DNA from: Prevotella sp.
GTDB lineage: Bacteria > Bacteroidota > Bacteroidia > Bacteroidales > Dysgonomonadaceae
Length of the DNA: 64,000 bases
Assembly: GCA_031285625.1 (NCBI GenBank)
Contig: JAITVV010000084.1
Span: 64,001-128,000, forward strand
Direction of reading: 5' to 3'
Both the position numbers and the translations under genes were made by a program. Under the pieces are notes generated by a model that did not search any database, was not told the DNA's origin, and saw nothing but the letters and a program-made list of their open reading frames with translations. Below, piece after piece: positions 23,613 to 34,738 of the stretch. Positions within the stretch are counted from its first letter, which is position 1; every line of letters begins with the position of its first letter.

Positions 23613-24074
23613 ATGAGCGAACAAAGAAGAGAACTGCAAGTAGCTGCATTATGCAATGGAACCGCGATAGATCATATACCACCCCGCTTTGTCTTTAAAG
23701 TAGTATCCTTACTCGAGTTAGAAAATCTTGAAAACCCAATCACCATAGGGAATAACTTCGAAAGTAAAAAAATGCAATCGAAAGGAATTATAAAGATTGC
23801 AGATAAATACTTCGAAGAGGATGAGATCAACAAGATAGCCCTTATAGCGCCCAATGTTGTTCTCAATATCATAAAAGACTACGAGGTAGTAGAAAAGAAA
23901 AGAGTTATACTTCCTCAGACCATAAAAGGTATTGTAAAGTGTAATAATCCGAAGTGCATTACCAACAATGAACCGATGATAACTCACTTTGAAGTAGTGG
24001 ATTCTGACAAGATCGAGTTACGTTGCCATTATTGTAATATTAAAATAAAGAAAGACGAGATTATCCTGAAATGA
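23613..24074 (+). CDS. pyrI: Aspartate carbamoyltransferase regulatory subunit
   Basis: GTAIDHI, CNNPKC...CHYC zinc site. Confidence 0.98.
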   Translation: MSEQRRELQVAALCNGTAIDHIPPRFVFKVVSLLELENLENPITIGNNFESKKMQSKGIIKIADKYFEEDEINKIALIAPNVVLNIIKDYEVVEKKRVILPQTIKGIVKCNNPKCITNNEPMITHFEVVDSDKIELRCHYCNIKIKKDEIILK

Positions 24075-24646
24075 AACAAGACTGGAAACCAGGAACTTTA
24101 ATTTATCCCTTACCTGCCGCCATGATTAGTTGCGGAGGTACTCCTGATGAGTACAATATTATTACATTAAGCTGGCTTGGTACTATATGTACAAATCCAC
24201 CGATGTGTTATATCTCGGTACGCCCTGAACGCCATTCCTACGATATTATAAAGAGGAATATGGAGTTTGTTATCAATATCACGACCAACGATCTGGCATT
24301 TGCTACCGATTGGTGTGGGGTAAAATCAGGGAGGAACACAAACAAATTTGAGGAAATGGGACTGACCGCCGGAAAGGCCTCTATAGTACAGGCTCCGATT
24401 ATAGTTGAATCTCCATTAAACATAGAATGCAGGGTAAAAGAAATTATCAGCCTTGGTTCGCACGATATGTTTATAGCGGATGTAGTAAATGTAAAGGCCG
24501 ATGAAAAGTATATCGATCCCGAGACTGATAAATTCTGTTTGGAAGAAGCGAACCCCATTGCCTATTCCCATGGACAATATTATAATCTGGGTAATAAAAT
24601 AGGAGGATTCGGATGGTCAGTAAAGAAGAAAAAAGAAGATATCTGA
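24071..24646 (+). CDS. Flavin reductase family protein
   Basis: YPLPA, NIITLSW, PLNIEC, GSHDMF. Confidence 0.9.
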   Translation: MKQDWKPGTLIYPLPAAMISCGGTPDEYNIITLSWLGTICTNPPMCYISVRPERHSYDIIKRNMEFVINITTNDLAFATDWCGVKSGRNTNKFEEMGLTAGKASIVQAPIIVESPLNIECRVKEIISLGSHDMFIADVVNVKADEKYIDPETDKFCLEEANPIAYSHGQYYNLGNKIGGFGWSVKKKKEDI

Positions 24647-24722
24647 TTCTCTGATGTCAAAAAAGTTTTTTTAAGAATACAGTACGCCTTATAAATTGTT
24701 AATACCAAACAAAACTGACACT

Positions 24723-26177
24723 ATGAAAAAGCATTTGTTTTCTGCATTATTAATTCTCAATGTTCTGTTTGCGGCTGCACAACAGAAAGCTCAAACAAGT
24801 AATATCCTCACCGAAGAACAAAAGATATACGGACTATCAAAGTTCTGGCATGAGGTACGTGAAAATTTTGTATTTATCAATCAGGTTGGAATAGAAAAAT
24901 GGGATAGTATATATCAGTCATACATACCTTTAGCACGACAAACCACAAATGACTGGGAATATTTTAAACTACTGCAGCACTTTTGTGCTCACACCAACGA
25001 TGGGCATACAGGAATAATGCGGCCTCCAATAGAATTGACTCAGACAGAAGCACGTAAACCGGGAGACGTATTCTTACCTGAACGTGACGGGATGTTTGAA
25101 GAGGGGGTTCTTCTCCTAATGAAAGTAGCCGGAAAAGCCTCGGTAATACGTGTAAACAAAAACATGGGAAAAGAAATCCCCGCCGGGAGTCAGGTACACA
25201 CAGTAAACAATCTGCCTGTAGAAGAGTATATCAATCGCTATACCTTACCTTATGTCAACCAATCAACCGACCACATGAGGGCAAATATGGCTGTACGGAG
25301 TATTGTCAACGGTGTGTATGGTGATACTCTCAGACTAGGATATACAAAACCTGATGGAAAAGAAGGTAATATCAAATTAACTTTTGGGGGTACATCAAGG
25401 AACGCCTCTGAAGGGGAAGACCTGTTTTATATACCGACAAACCCTTCCGGAGAACTAGTTAGCCTGGAATGGCAGGATAACAATATTGCTCTTATCAAGC
25501 TCAATAGTTTTTCGAATAAAAAAATTGTTGATGATTTTAAACAGCTATTGCCTAAACTGCAAAAAGCCAAAGGGCTCATCATCGACCTACGATTTAATGG
25601 TGGCGGAGATACATATAATGGCGTGAGAATTCTGCAATACTTTATACCTGACGATGTTCTTTACGGAATGCACTCCCGTTCACGCATGACTATTCCAAGC
25701 TATAAGGCATGGGGAAACTATATGGCTGCAAAAGACACAATAAATAGTGCACATGCTAAGAAATCATATTTAGCAGCGCATAATGAATTATATCATGATT
25801 TTGGAGTTGATACATTCAAGGTAGAAATTGACAAAAAGGAAAAATTGATCATACCAACTGTAATACTCACAAATAACTACACGGCATCTGCCGCCGAAGA
25901 CTTCCTTATATACGCTGATAAACAAAAACATATGATACGCATGGGGCAGAAAACATTTGGTAGCACCGGACAACCTATAAATGTTCCATTAGTAGCAGGA
26001 TTAGGTGCATATATCTGTACTAAAGAAGATACCTATACTGACGGGCGTAAGTTTGTAGGTGTAGGAGTAGTACCACATATTGAGGTAACACCAACAATGG
26101 ATGATTATCTGAAAGGTAAAGATGTAGAAGTAGACAAGGCTTGCGAATATATCAAAGAAGAATTGGCTAAAAAATAA
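24723..26177 (+). CDS. S41 family peptidase (secreted)
   Basis: Signal peptide from ATG 24723; DGH, IIDLRFNGGG, TASAAE. Confidence 0.9.
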   Translation: MKKHLFSALLILNVLFAAAQQKAQTSNILTEEQKIYGLSKFWHEVRENFVFINQVGIEKWDSIYQSYIPLARQTTNDWEYFKLLQHFCAHTNDGHTGIMRPPIELTQTEARKPGDVFLPERDGMFEEGVLLLMKVAGKASVIRVNKNMGKEIPAGSQVHTVNNLPVEEYINRYTLPYVNQSTDHMRANMAVRSIVNGVYGDTLRLGYTKPDGKEGNIKLTFGGTSRNASEGEDLFYIPTNPSGELVSLEWQDNNIALIKLNSFSNKKIVDDFKQLLPKLQKAKGLIIDLRFNGGGDTYNGVRILQYFIPDDVLYGMHSRSRMTIPSYKAWGNYMAAKDTINSAHAKKSYLAAHNELYHDFGVDTFKVEIDKKEKLIIPTVILTNNYTASAAEDFLIYADKQKHMIRMGQKTFGSTGQPINVPLVAGLGAYICTKEDTYTDGRKFVGVGVVPHIEVTPTMDDYLKGKDVEVDKACEYIKEELAKK

Positions 26178-26224
26178 GTGGTCACAAATAATGTGACCAC
26201 TTAAAATTATTCTTTAGTAATTAT

Positions 26225-27370
26225 TTATTTCTTTACTGAAAACTTAAAGATTGTCTCGCTTTGATATTTTTCTCCCGGACGAAGAGTTGCCGAAGGCCAA
26301 TCTTTCTTATTAGGCGTATCAGGGTATTTTTGAGTTTCTAAGCAAACTGCAGCGCGGTGCTGGTTTACCTTTCCTTTTTTACCTTTATCGCTACCATCCA
26401 TGAAGTTTCCTGCATAGAACTGGATTCCCGGCTCTGTTGTATATACATCAAGAACGATTCCTGAACGAGGAGATTCTAAAGTAGCAGCAACTTTGCTTAT
26501 ATCGCCATTTGTATTTAGTACCCAGTTGTGGTCATAACCTTTTCCGTTCTTCAACTGAACAAAATCGAAGTTATCTATTCTGGCACCCACAGCAGTAGGA
26601 GTGCGGAAGTCCATATCTGTACCTTCCACATCCAGAATTTCACCTGTAGTCATAAATGTAGAATCAACAGGGGTATATTTATCAGCATGGAGAGTCAATA
26701 ACCAATCTGTATTCTTCACATCCGGATCACCATCCATATTGAAATACGTGTGGTTAGTCAGATTCACTACAGTCGGTTTATCAGTTTCAGCCTCATACTT
26801 AATATCGATTGCATTGTCATCTCTCAAAGTATAAGTGATCTTCGTATTCAGATTTCCAGGGAAACCTTCTTCTCCGTCTTTTGACAGGTATGTAAGTTCC
26901 AGTACCTTATCATCTATCTGATTAGCAGTAAATACTACAGTATGGAAACCTTTATCTCCGCCATGAAGTGTATGACCGAAGTTATTTTTAGGCAGGTCAT
27001 ACTTTACACCGTCAATTTCGAATGTGCCTTGTCCGATTCTATTACCATAACGTCCGATAGCTGCCCCATAATTATTTCCGGCAACATTAATATAGTCCTG
27101 TATCGAATCAAAGCCAATAACAACGTCTTTTTTATTACCATCTTTGTCAGGTACCGAAACCGAAACAATACGCCCACCATAGTTAGTTATACAGACTTCC
27201 ATACCGCTAGAATTAGTAAGCACATATAGATCTGTTTTCTTACCTTGCACTTCGGTCTCAAAGTTCTTTTTATCCAGACCCGATTCAGTGAGCTTACCTA
27301 CAGGAGCTTTCTCATTACAAGCTACAAATAGAAATGCTGCTGACAAAGCTGCCAAAACTGTTTTCTTCAT
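26225..27370 (-). CDS. galM: Aldose 1-epimerase (lipoprotein)
   Basis: GRYGNRI, HGG, NHTYFN, CLETQ; lipobox FVAC. Confidence 0.95.
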   Translation of the reverse strand: MKKTVLAALSAAFLFVACNEKAPVGKLTESGLDKKNFETEVQGKKTDLYVLTNSSGMEVCITNYGGRIVSVSVPDKDGNKKDVVIGFDSIQDYINVAGNNYGAAIGRYGNRIGQGTFEIDGVKYDLPKNNFGHTLHGGDKGFHTVVFTANQIDDKVLELTYLSKDGEEGFPGNLNTKITYTLRDDNAIDIKYEAETDKPTVVNLTNHTYFNMDGDPDVKNTDWLLTLHADKYTPVDSTFMTTGEILDVEGTDMDFRTPTAVGARIDNFDFVQLKNGKGYDHNWVLNTNGDISKVAATLESPRSGIVLDVYTTEPGIQFYAGNFMDGSDKGKKGKVNQHRAAVCLETQKYPDTPNKKDWPSATLRPGEKYQSETIFKFSVKK

Positions 27371-27380
27371 AATTTATATA

Positions 27381-28373
27381 TTATTTTAATGGATTTGCTT
27401 CTACTCCTTCTTTTGTCATAATTATAGGTTTAATGTGCCCATTTTCATCAAAAAACATTTCTTCAATACATGTTTCCCTATAGTTTCCATTTGTTTCAGT
27501 CAACGGACGACGATGGTAAATGATATACCATTTATCAGACTTAGGTTCATGTATAATAGAATGATGTCCTGCTCCATTAGCTATTTCAGTATCTTGCTGC
27601 AATATAGTCTCTATTCGCTCGAATGGGCCGAAAGGACTATCTGCAATAGCATATGCCACTTTATAATCGGGTCCGGTCCACCCACCTTCAGACCACATGA
27701 AGTAATATTTATCATTTTTGATAAACATAAATGGCCCTTCCACATAATCTTTCGGCGTCACTTCTTTATATATTGATCCATCTTCGAATGGTACCAATCC
27801 GGTAAAGTCATCGTTAAGTTTAGCTACATTACAATGTTTCCATCCCCCATAATAGATGTAATAACTTCCATCTTTATCTTTGAATACAAACTGATCAATA
27901 GGCTGTGCTCCATTGTAGAATTTATCAATTAACGGCTTCCCTAGATAATCCTTAAATGGCCCTTCAGGTTTATCAGCTACAGCGATACCAATTCCACCAT
28001 ATTCCTCATCATTTTGTATGTCATTTCCCCCAAAGAAAAGGAAGTACTTACTATCCTTTTTCAGAATGGCTGGAGCCCACATCGCACGTTTTACCCATTT
28101 TACCGAAGCTGTATCAACTATCCGTTCATGTTTTGTCCAATTTACAAGATCCGTAGAAGAGAAGGCATCCATAAATACCTGCTGATCGTATGGTGCCGAA
28201 TATGTAGGATACACCCAATACTTATCATCAAAGATAATTCCTTCAGGATCGGCATACCATCCTTCAAATATGGGATTACCGGACATTTTTTTCTCTGTTG
28301 TGTTCGTTTGTTTAGGCGTACAAGCCTGTATCGCAAACAAGCATGCGAAGATCAATAGATAGTTGTTTCTCAT
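27381..28373 (-). CDS. Glycoside hydrolase family 43 lipoprotein
   Basis: NP...YADP, WAP, PID, EGP, GHHS; lipobox IQAC. Confidence 0.92.
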   Translation of the reverse strand: MRNNYLLIFACLFAIQACTPKQTNTTEKKMSGNPIFEGWYADPEGIIFDDKYWVYPTYSAPYDQQVFMDAFSSTDLVNWTKHERIVDTASVKWVKRAMWAPAILKKDSKYFLFFGGNDIQNDEEYGGIGIAVADKPEGPFKDYLGKPLIDKFYNGAQPIDQFVFKDKDGSYYIYYGGWKHCNVAKLNDDFTGLVPFEDGSIYKEVTPKDYVEGPFMFIKNDKYYFMWSEGGWTGPDYKVAYAIADSPFGPFERIETILQQDTEIANGAGHHSIIHEPKSDKWYIIYHRRPLTETNGNYRETCIEEMFFDENGHIKPIIMTKEGVEANPLK

Positions 28374-28533
28374 TTATTAATATTTTTTTATTACCAGAAG
28401 ATAAAAATACAATTTTTTTCATTTGATAATGTTCTGTTTTAGAATATTTTGATATTTGTTGTTAAAAAGTTACCTTTGTTGGGGTACAACACAAATTAGT
28501 TCTACCTTTATTATAGATAAACCCAAAGGAATT

Positions 28534-29511
28534 ATGAAACCTCTATATACTTTTGATGAAGTTCTGAATATAGTAAATACAGAAATAAGCAAGATACAAT
28601 ATACAAATAAGCCATACTCTCTTTTCGAACCCATAACATATATTCTTTCCCTAGGAGGCAAACGGATTCGCCCAGCTTTGTCCCTTATGTCTTATAATTT
28701 ATATAAAGAAGATGTAGAGCAAGTTATACCTGTTGCTTTAGGTATTGAGATATTCCACAACTTCACACTCCTTCATGACGACCTTATGGACAGGGCTGAT
28801 ATGCGTAGAGGAAATCCGACAGTACATATTAAATGGAACGATAATACAGCTGTATTGTCCGGCGATGCGATGTTAATAGAAGCATACAAAGAAATAGCAA
28901 AAATAGATTCAAAATATTTACAACCTGTATTAGACTTATTCTCGATCACCGCTACGGAAATTTGTTGTGGACAACAGTATGATATGGAGTTTGAACAACG
29001 TATGGATGTCACAATATCTGAATACCTGGAGATGATCCGTCTGAAAACAGCCGTATTACTAGCCTGTGCTCTTAAAGAGGGAGCGATAGTTGCTGGAGCT
29101 TCATCGGCTGATGCCCACAATTTATATGATTTTGGAATTAACGTCGGACTAGGCTTCCAACTTAAAGATGACTTGCTGGATGTCTACGGAAATAGTACAA
29201 ACTTTGGGAAAAGAATAGGTGGTGATATTCTTTGCAACAAGAAAACATTCCTGCTTATCAATGCATTGTCTGATGACACATCAAAACAAGAACTGATGAC
29301 GTGGATAAATAAGGAAGAATATGCTGAATCAGAAAAGATAAAGGCTGTGACAGCTATATATGACAAACTGGATTTGAAGCAAAAATCTGAGAACTTAATA
29401 CACGAATATTATAAAAAGGCAATAGCCTGTTTAGATAAGGTAACAGTGGACAACAATCGAAAAAAAGAACTTTATGATCTCGCCGAAAATTTGATGTCCC
29501 GGATTTCATAA
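28534..29511 (+). CDS. Polyprenyl synthetase (IspA/GGPP synthase-like)
   Basis: GGKRIRP, LHDDLMD...RRG, KT, FQLKDD; ATG at 28534. Confidence 0.95.
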   Translation: MKPLYTFDEVLNIVNTEISKIQYTNKPYSLFEPITYILSLGGKRIRPALSLMSYNLYKEDVEQVIPVALGIEIFHNFTLLHDDLMDRADMRRGNPTVHIKWNDNTAVLSGDAMLIEAYKEIAKIDSKYLQPVLDLFSITATEICCGQQYDMEFEQRMDVTISEYLEMIRLKTAVLLACALKEGAIVAGASSADAHNLYDFGINVGLGFQLKDDLLDVYGNSTNFGKRIGGDILCNKKTFLLINALSDDTSKQELMTWINKEEYAESEKIKAVTAIYDKLDLKQKSENLIHEYYKKAIACLDKVTVDNNRKKELYDLAENLMSRIS

Positions 29512-29531
29512 CACAAAACAAACACAAAATT

Positions 29532-30251
29532 ATGCCATACAGACGTTTACCGAATACTGATAATGCTCGGATACGGGCTTTGAAGACGGCAATTGAAAAA
29601 AGTAATACATTCTTTGGTCAAGACATAATTTCTCTTGATATTCAAAGCTTGAGAATCATGCTTCGTAACTTTGAAAATGCTCAAATACGATATAAAGATA
29701 GCCTGCAGTCACAAGCTTCAGCTAACCGTAAATTTCAGAAGCTTGTTAAAAATGCAAGGCTTTACATATCCCACTTTATTCAGGTTTTCAATTTTTGCGT
29801 TATACGTAATGAAATAAAGAAAGAAGCAAAGCAATTATATGGAATTGATCCAGATAATTTTACAGTTCCGGATTTAACAACAAATGATTCCCTCCTTTTT
29901 TGGGGAGATAACATCATAAAAGGAGAGCAAATGAGAACTTCACAAGGTGGAGCTCCAATATATAATCCTACCATAGCGCGGGTAAATGTAGCGTTCTCCT
30001 TATTTAAGGATGCCTACTTTGCTCAAAAAACATTTCAGAATACAACTGCCAGACAACTGGATAGTTTGAGCCAGCAAAGAGAAGATATTGATGCTACCTT
30101 AACTCTGCTATGGAATCAGATTGAAGGTGCATTTTCAGGCTTACCGACAAAAGAACGTCTTGACAGATGTAAAGAATATGGTGTTGTGTATTATCTGAGG
30201 AAGGAAGAGCGGGAAAAAGAGAAGATTGTAGAAAGAAATGAGAATTATTGA
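29532..30251 (+). CDS. Conserved Bacteroidota hypothetical protein
   Basis: N-terminus MPYRRLPNTD, C-terminus YGVVYYLR; operonic with its neighbours. Confidence 0.75.
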   Translation: MPYRRLPNTDNARIRALKTAIEKSNTFFGQDIISLDIQSLRIMLRNFENAQIRYKDSLQSQASANRKFQKLVKNARLYISHFIQVFNFCVIRNEIKKEAKQLYGIDPDNFTVPDLTTNDSLLFWGDNIIKGEQMRTSQGGAPIYNPTIARVNVAFSLFKDAYFAQKTFQNTTARQLDSLSQQREDIDATLTLLWNQIEGAFSGLPTKERLDRCKEYGVVYYLRKEEREKEKIVERNENY

Positions 30252-31014
30252 TACCCATTCGCATATTTATTCAGAAGAATTTGATAATGATATTGAAGAT
30301 GTTATCAACAGGGCAAAAAAAAACGGTGTAGAAAAGATATTAATGCCCAATATTGATATCTCATCCATAGAACGGATACATCATCTTTCCCACAAATATG
30401 AAGGTTACTGTATTCCGATGATGGGTTTACATCCTACCAGTGTCGCAGATAATTGGGAGAGCGAACTAGCCACCATCAAACAGCTGCTTCCTTTAAAATC
30501 GTATATAGCAATCGGCGAAATAGGTATGGATTTATACTGGGACAAAACATTCGAAAAAGAGCAGAAATTTGTCTTTGAGGAACAATTACGTTGGAGCATC
30601 GAATACGATTTACCAGTGGCTATACATTCACGTGACGCTATCCCTCAATGTATCGATTGTATAAAGAATATTGGAGAAGAAGAACTAAAAGGTGTCTTCC
30701 ATAGTTTTGGTGGTACTGAGCAAGAACTAAATGAAATCTTATCTTTAATTAATTTCATGATAGGTATAAACGGTGTGGTAACTTTCAAAAACTCTACTTT
30801 ATCCACAGTATTGAAAAACACCGATTTATCACACATTATTATTGAAACAGATTCTCCATATCTGGCCCCTGTACCATATAGAGGAAAAAGAAATGAATCG
30901 TCATACACACTCAATGTGGTAGAAAAATTAGCAGAGATTTATAATATAAGTGCTGATAAGGTTGGAGAGATTACAACAGAAAATGCAGAAAAGCTATTCG
31001 CCTTGAAAAAATAA
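30238..31014 (+). CDS. tatD: TatD family DNase
   Basis: IDTHSH, GLHP, GEIGMD, HSR, HSF, ETDSPYL. Confidence 0.95.
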   Translation: MRIIDTHSHIYSEEFDNDIEDVINRAKKNGVEKILMPNIDISSIERIHHLSHKYEGYCIPMMGLHPTSVADNWESELATIKQLLPLKSYIAIGEIGMDLYWDKTFEKEQKFVFEEQLRWSIEYDLPVAIHSRDAIPQCIDCIKNIGEEELKGVFHSFGGTEQELNEILSLINFMIGINGVVTFKNSTLSTVLKNTDLSHIIIETDSPYLAPVPYRGKRNESSYTLNVVEKLAEIYNISADKVGEITTENAEKLFALKK

Positions 31015-31041
31015 GTCCTATATTTGCACTCGCAAAACAAA

Positions 31042-31128
31042 GGAGAGGTGCTCGAGTGGTTGAAGAGGCATGCCTGGAAAGCATGTATACGGGTAACTGT
31101 ATCGAGGGTTCGAATCCCTTCTTCTCCG
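31042..31128 (+). tRNA. tRNA-Ser(GGA)
   Basis: GGAGAGG/CTTCTCC acceptor stem, CATGC-CTGGAAA-GCATG anticodon arm, long variable arm, GTTCGAATC; TATATTTG promoter at 31019 and a hairpin/T-run at 31142-31173. Confidence 0.97.
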
Positions 31129-31183
31129 CAAAATATAAATGAAGGACTAAATATTTTAGTCCTTTTGTTTTTTGTATATGCAG

Positions 31184-31672
31184 ATGAAGAAAATATTATT
31201 TATATTATTACTTTTTATCTCTTGTAATCCCCCTGCTGAAAAAGATGAAGAGGTACTAAGGGGAAAAGTTGTAAGTGTAGCTGATGGTGACACGGTAACT
31301 ATACTTACAGATAATGATGAACAAATTCGTATCCGTCTCTATGGTATCGATGCTCCCGAAAAAGGACAGGATTTTTCAAATAAATCCAGACAATTCTTAA
31401 ATGATTTGTGCTATGGAAAAATAGTAAGTATAGAAAAAAAAGGGATTGACCAATATGAGCGCGTCCTTGGAATTGTTTATATTAATGAATTCAACTTAAA
31501 TAAGGAGATGGTGCGTAACGGCTTGGCATGGTACTACGACCATTATGTAAAGGATGCAGACTTGGAAGCTTTAGAACATACTGCGAGAAAACAAAAACTT
31601 AATATATGGAGTATGAAGAATCCCACTCCACCTTACGAGTTTAGGAGAAATCAAAGAATGGGGAAAAATTAA
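31184..31672 (+). CDS. Thermonuclease (SNase) family lipoprotein
   Basis: [27 protein letters not shown]; lipobox FISC. Confidence 0.93.
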   Translation: MKKILFILLLFISCNPPAEKDEEVLRGKVVSVADGDTVTILTDNDEQIRIRLYGIDAPEKGQDFSNKSRQFLNDLCYGKIVSIEKKGIDQYERVLGIVYINEFNLNKEMVRNGLAWYYDHYVKDADLEALEHTARKQKLNIWSMKNPTPPYEFRRNQRMGKN

Positions 31673-31702
31673 ATTAAAAGGTACTTATTAAAATCTAATA
31701 TT

Positions 31703-32536
31703 ATGACAAAATATATTGAACTGGACTTTGATCCCGACTCTGATCAGTTACACGATGTTCTTGATGAACTTTGTTTATGGTCGGCTCCTTTTGGACTAAA
31801 ATTGTTAGATAACTTACTCCTAAAAAAAGGAATATCTGTGTTAGATATTGGATTCTGCGATGGATTTCCATTAACAGAACTGGCACTCCGCTTAGGCCAA
31901 TCAAGCACAATCTATGGTATTGACCCTTGGGAAGCTGCAATTAGACGTACAAAGAAGAAAATCTCCATTTATAATATACAGAATGTAAAAATAATAAAGG
32001 GGGTTGCAGAAAACATCCCCCTCGATAATAACTCCATTGATTTAATAACGAGCAACAATGGTATAAATAATGTAACTGATCTGGACAAAACCCTTCAGGA
32101 ATGTTTTCGCATACTAAAATCCGGAGGTCAGTTTATTCAAACGATGAATCTGAATTCAACAATGATCGAATTCTATGAAATCCTTGGGAAAGTATTGCAG
32201 GCAAACCGGATGGAGAATGAGCTAAATAAGATGAAAGAGCAAATCTATAAAAAGAGAAAACCTCTGGATGAATTTTTACAACTACTCAAACAACATGGTT
32301 TCTCTATTACAAATGTAATGCATGATCAGTTTGATTACAAATTTGTAGATGGTACAACTTTACTAAATCACTATTTCATCCGCTTTGCGTTTTTATCAGG
32401 ATGGAAAAATATCTTACCTGAAAGCAAACAAGCAGAGATCTTTGAAATTATAGAATCTGAGATGAATAATATTGCTGAGATAAACGGATATTTCAAATTA
32501 AGTGTTCCTTTTGTTTTAATTGATTGTACCAAATAA
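31703..32536 (+). CDS. Class I SAM-dependent methyltransferase
   Basis: VLDIGFCDG, GIDP, GVAENIP, RILKSGG. Confidence 0.9.
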   Translation: MTKYIELDFDPDSDQLHDVLDELCLWSAPFGLKLLDNLLLKKGISVLDIGFCDGFPLTELALRLGQSSTIYGIDPWEAAIRRTKKKISIYNIQNVKIIKGVAENIPLDNNSIDLITSNNGINNVTDLDKTLQECFRILKSGGQFIQTMNLNSTMIEFYEILGKVLQANRMENELNKMKEQIYKKRKPLDEFLQLLKQHGFSITNVMHDQFDYKFVDGTTLLNHYFIRFAFLSGWKNILPESKQAEIFEIIESEMNNIAEINGYFKLSVPFVLIDCTK

Positions 32537-32539
32537 TCC

Positions 32540-33070
32540 TTAATATTTAGAAGGTACATAGCCTATCAGCTTTTCCAGTTTCTTTATATAGATATGGAGG
32601 AAATATAATGGAATAAATCCAAATATACAGAATGAACAATCTATTAGCGTCCAATAGAATGGAATCCCCCTAATCGGCCCACAAATAAGTGATAAAGGAA
32701 CCACACCGATACAAGCTATCATAGCAAAATACACAATCCAGATATTGCGCACAGGTTTAAGATATAATCCTATAAATGCAGCAGCAATCACCAAATGAGA
32801 AAAAGCAAGCCAGTCTGTTCCATATGCAAGAAAAGGGTAATTATCATTTGTATTGATCAGTGCATCTGCAACTGTAGCAATCCACCCCTTTAAACCATCA
32901 TAGGCCTCAGGAGATACATCATGAGATATACCCAAAATCTGGCAAACAATCCTTACTTCACTTTCTATAGGAAATGCAGTTACGCCCCAAAAAATAAGGG
33001 CAAACATATAAAATATCACCAATCCGCGAATTCTTACTAATAAATGTTTTTCTTCTTTTTTCATAGCCAT
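32540..33070 (-). CDS. Hypothetical membrane protein
   Basis: Four hydrophobic segments; YGTDWLAFSHL motif. Confidence 0.7.
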   Translation of the reverse strand: MAMKKEEKHLLVRIRGLVIFYMFALIFWGVTAFPIESEVRIVCQILGISHDVSPEAYDGLKGWIATVADALINTNDNYPFLAYGTDWLAFSHLVIAAAFIGLYLKPVRNIWIVYFAMIACIGVVPLSLICGPIRGIPFYWTLIDCSFCIFGFIPLYFLHIYIKKLEKLIGYVPSKY

Positions 33071-33153
33071 TAATTTAAATTCAAATAACTTTGAAATACA
33101 AAGTAAATAAAAATTTGCGAATTAAATGATAATTTTGAAAAATATTATGCCAT

Positions 33154-33188
33154 AAAAAGCCCTTTGAATTGTTGCAATCCAAAGGGCT
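33154..33188 (-). terminator. Intrinsic terminator of gdhA
   Basis: AGCCCTTTG...CAAAGGGCT stem next to an A run (U run on the minus strand). Confidence 0.7.
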
Positions 33189-33214
33189 CCTCATTGATTG
33201 ATTAAAAAATTTAG

Positions 33215-34552
33215 TTATACAACACCTTGTGCAATCATAGCACGGGCTACTTTCATAAATCCGGCCACATTCGCACCTTTTACATAATTGATATATCCGT
33301 CATGATCTTTGCCAAATTTAAGACATTGACCATGTATATTTTTCATTATACCATGCAAGCGCTGATCGACTTCTTCAGCCCCCCACTGTATGTGCATCGC
33401 ATTTTGGCTCATTTCCAGACCTGAAGTAGCTACTCCTCCGGCATTTACGGCTTTACCAGGAGCAAATAATATGTGTTTCTCAACAAACAAGTCAACCGCT
33501 TCTGCAGTACATCCCATATTGGAAACTTCAGCTACACAAGTTACCCCATTAGCTATCAGGGCCTCTGCATCCTTTGCATTTAATTCGTTCTGAATAGCAC
33601 AAGGCAGGGCAATATCAACCTTCTCCACCCATGGTTTTTTACCTGCATGGAATACAGAATTAGGATATTTTTCTGCATAAGGAGCTACGATATCATTACC
33701 CGAATCACGAAGTTCAAGCATATATTCAATCTTATCTCCACTTACACCATCTGCATCATATATATAACCATCAGGCCCGGAGATAGTAACAACTTTTGCA
33801 CCCAGTTCTGTGGCTTTCAATGTAGCACCCCATGCTACATTTCCAAATCCGGAAATAGCAACAGTCTTACCCTTTAAATCTATATTTTTAGCTTTCAGCA
33901 TCTCATTTACAAAATAGAGCGCACCAAAGCCCGTAGCCTCAGGACGTACTAGTGAACCACCGTACTCAAGTCCCTTACCGGTAAAAGTTCCCGTATTTTC
34001 TCGAGCTAGTTTCTTATACATTCCGTACAAATAACCTATTTCACGTGTACCAACTCCAATATCGCCAGCCGGAACATCCGTATCTGGTCCTATATTACGC
34101 CAAAGTTCCAACATAAATGCCTGACAGAAACGCATTATCTCGGCATTAGATTTACCTCGAGGGCTGAAATCAGAGCCACCTTTTCCTCCTCCCATCGGCA
34201 AAGTAGTCAAAGCATTCTTGAAAGTTTGCTCAAACCCTAGAAACTTAAGAGAAGAAAGATTCACCGATGCATGAAATCTCAGACCACCCTTATAAGGACC
34301 AATAGCATTGTTAAATTGCACACGATATCCTAAATTAACCTGAATATCACCTTTATCATCTACCCAAGGCACCTTAAACGTAAATATGCGATCAGGCTCT
34401 ACCAAGCGTTCAATAATACGATTTTTCTCAAATTCCGGATGCTGGTTATAAACATCCTCTATGGATACAAGCACTTCCTTCACTGCTTGTAAATACTCAG
34501 ACTCTCCGGGGTGTTTTGCCTCTAAAGCTGATAAAATGTCATTAATCTTCAT
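33215..34552 (-). CDS. gdhA: Glutamate dehydrogenase (NADP-type)
   Basis: GPYKGGLRFH, GGGKGG, DVPAGD, RPEATG, NAGGV. Confidence 0.98.
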   Translation of the reverse strand: MKINDILSALEAKHPGESEYLQAVKEVLVSIEDVYNQHPEFEKNRIIERLVEPDRIFTFKVPWVDDKGDIQVNLGYRVQFNNAIGPYKGGLRFHASVNLSSLKFLGFEQTFKNALTTLPMGGGKGGSDFSPRGKSNAEIMRFCQAFMLELWRNIGPDTDVPAGDIGVGTREIGYLYGMYKKLARENTGTFTGKGLEYGGSLVRPEATGFGALYFVNEMLKAKNIDLKGKTVAISGFGNVAWGATLKATELGAKVVTISGPDGYIYDADGVSGDKIEYMLELRDSGNDIVAPYAEKYPNSVFHAGKKPWVEKVDIALPCAIQNELNAKDAEALIANGVTCVAEVSNMGCTAEAVDLFVEKHILFAPGKAVNAGGVATSGLEMSQNAMHIQWGAEEVDQRLHGIMKNIHGQCLKFGKDHDGYINYVKGANVAGFMKVARAMIAQGVV

Positions 34553-34738
34553 GATTTAATGGTTTAAATCGGTTACTTATCTATACAAATGTATAAATAA
34601 TGGAACAAAATTTCACATGCTTCTTTTCTTTTTTTCATTCCAAAAAACATGATTTACAACATAAAATGAATTAACGGAATCAAATTTCCAGAGATATTAT
34701 TTTAATTCTTATTTTTGTTATCTCCAAAGCTAAAAATC

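Noticed and set aside
31024-31227. 67-aa ORF
   Set aside because: It overlaps tRNA-Ser(GGA) and its terminator; not a real CDS.
31042-33070. tRNA-Ser as an island integration site (nuclease and methyltransferase follow)
   Set aside because: No integrase, no duplicated tRNA 3' end and no compositional shift; the methyltransferase lacks DNA-methylase motifs, so this is not a restriction-modification pair.
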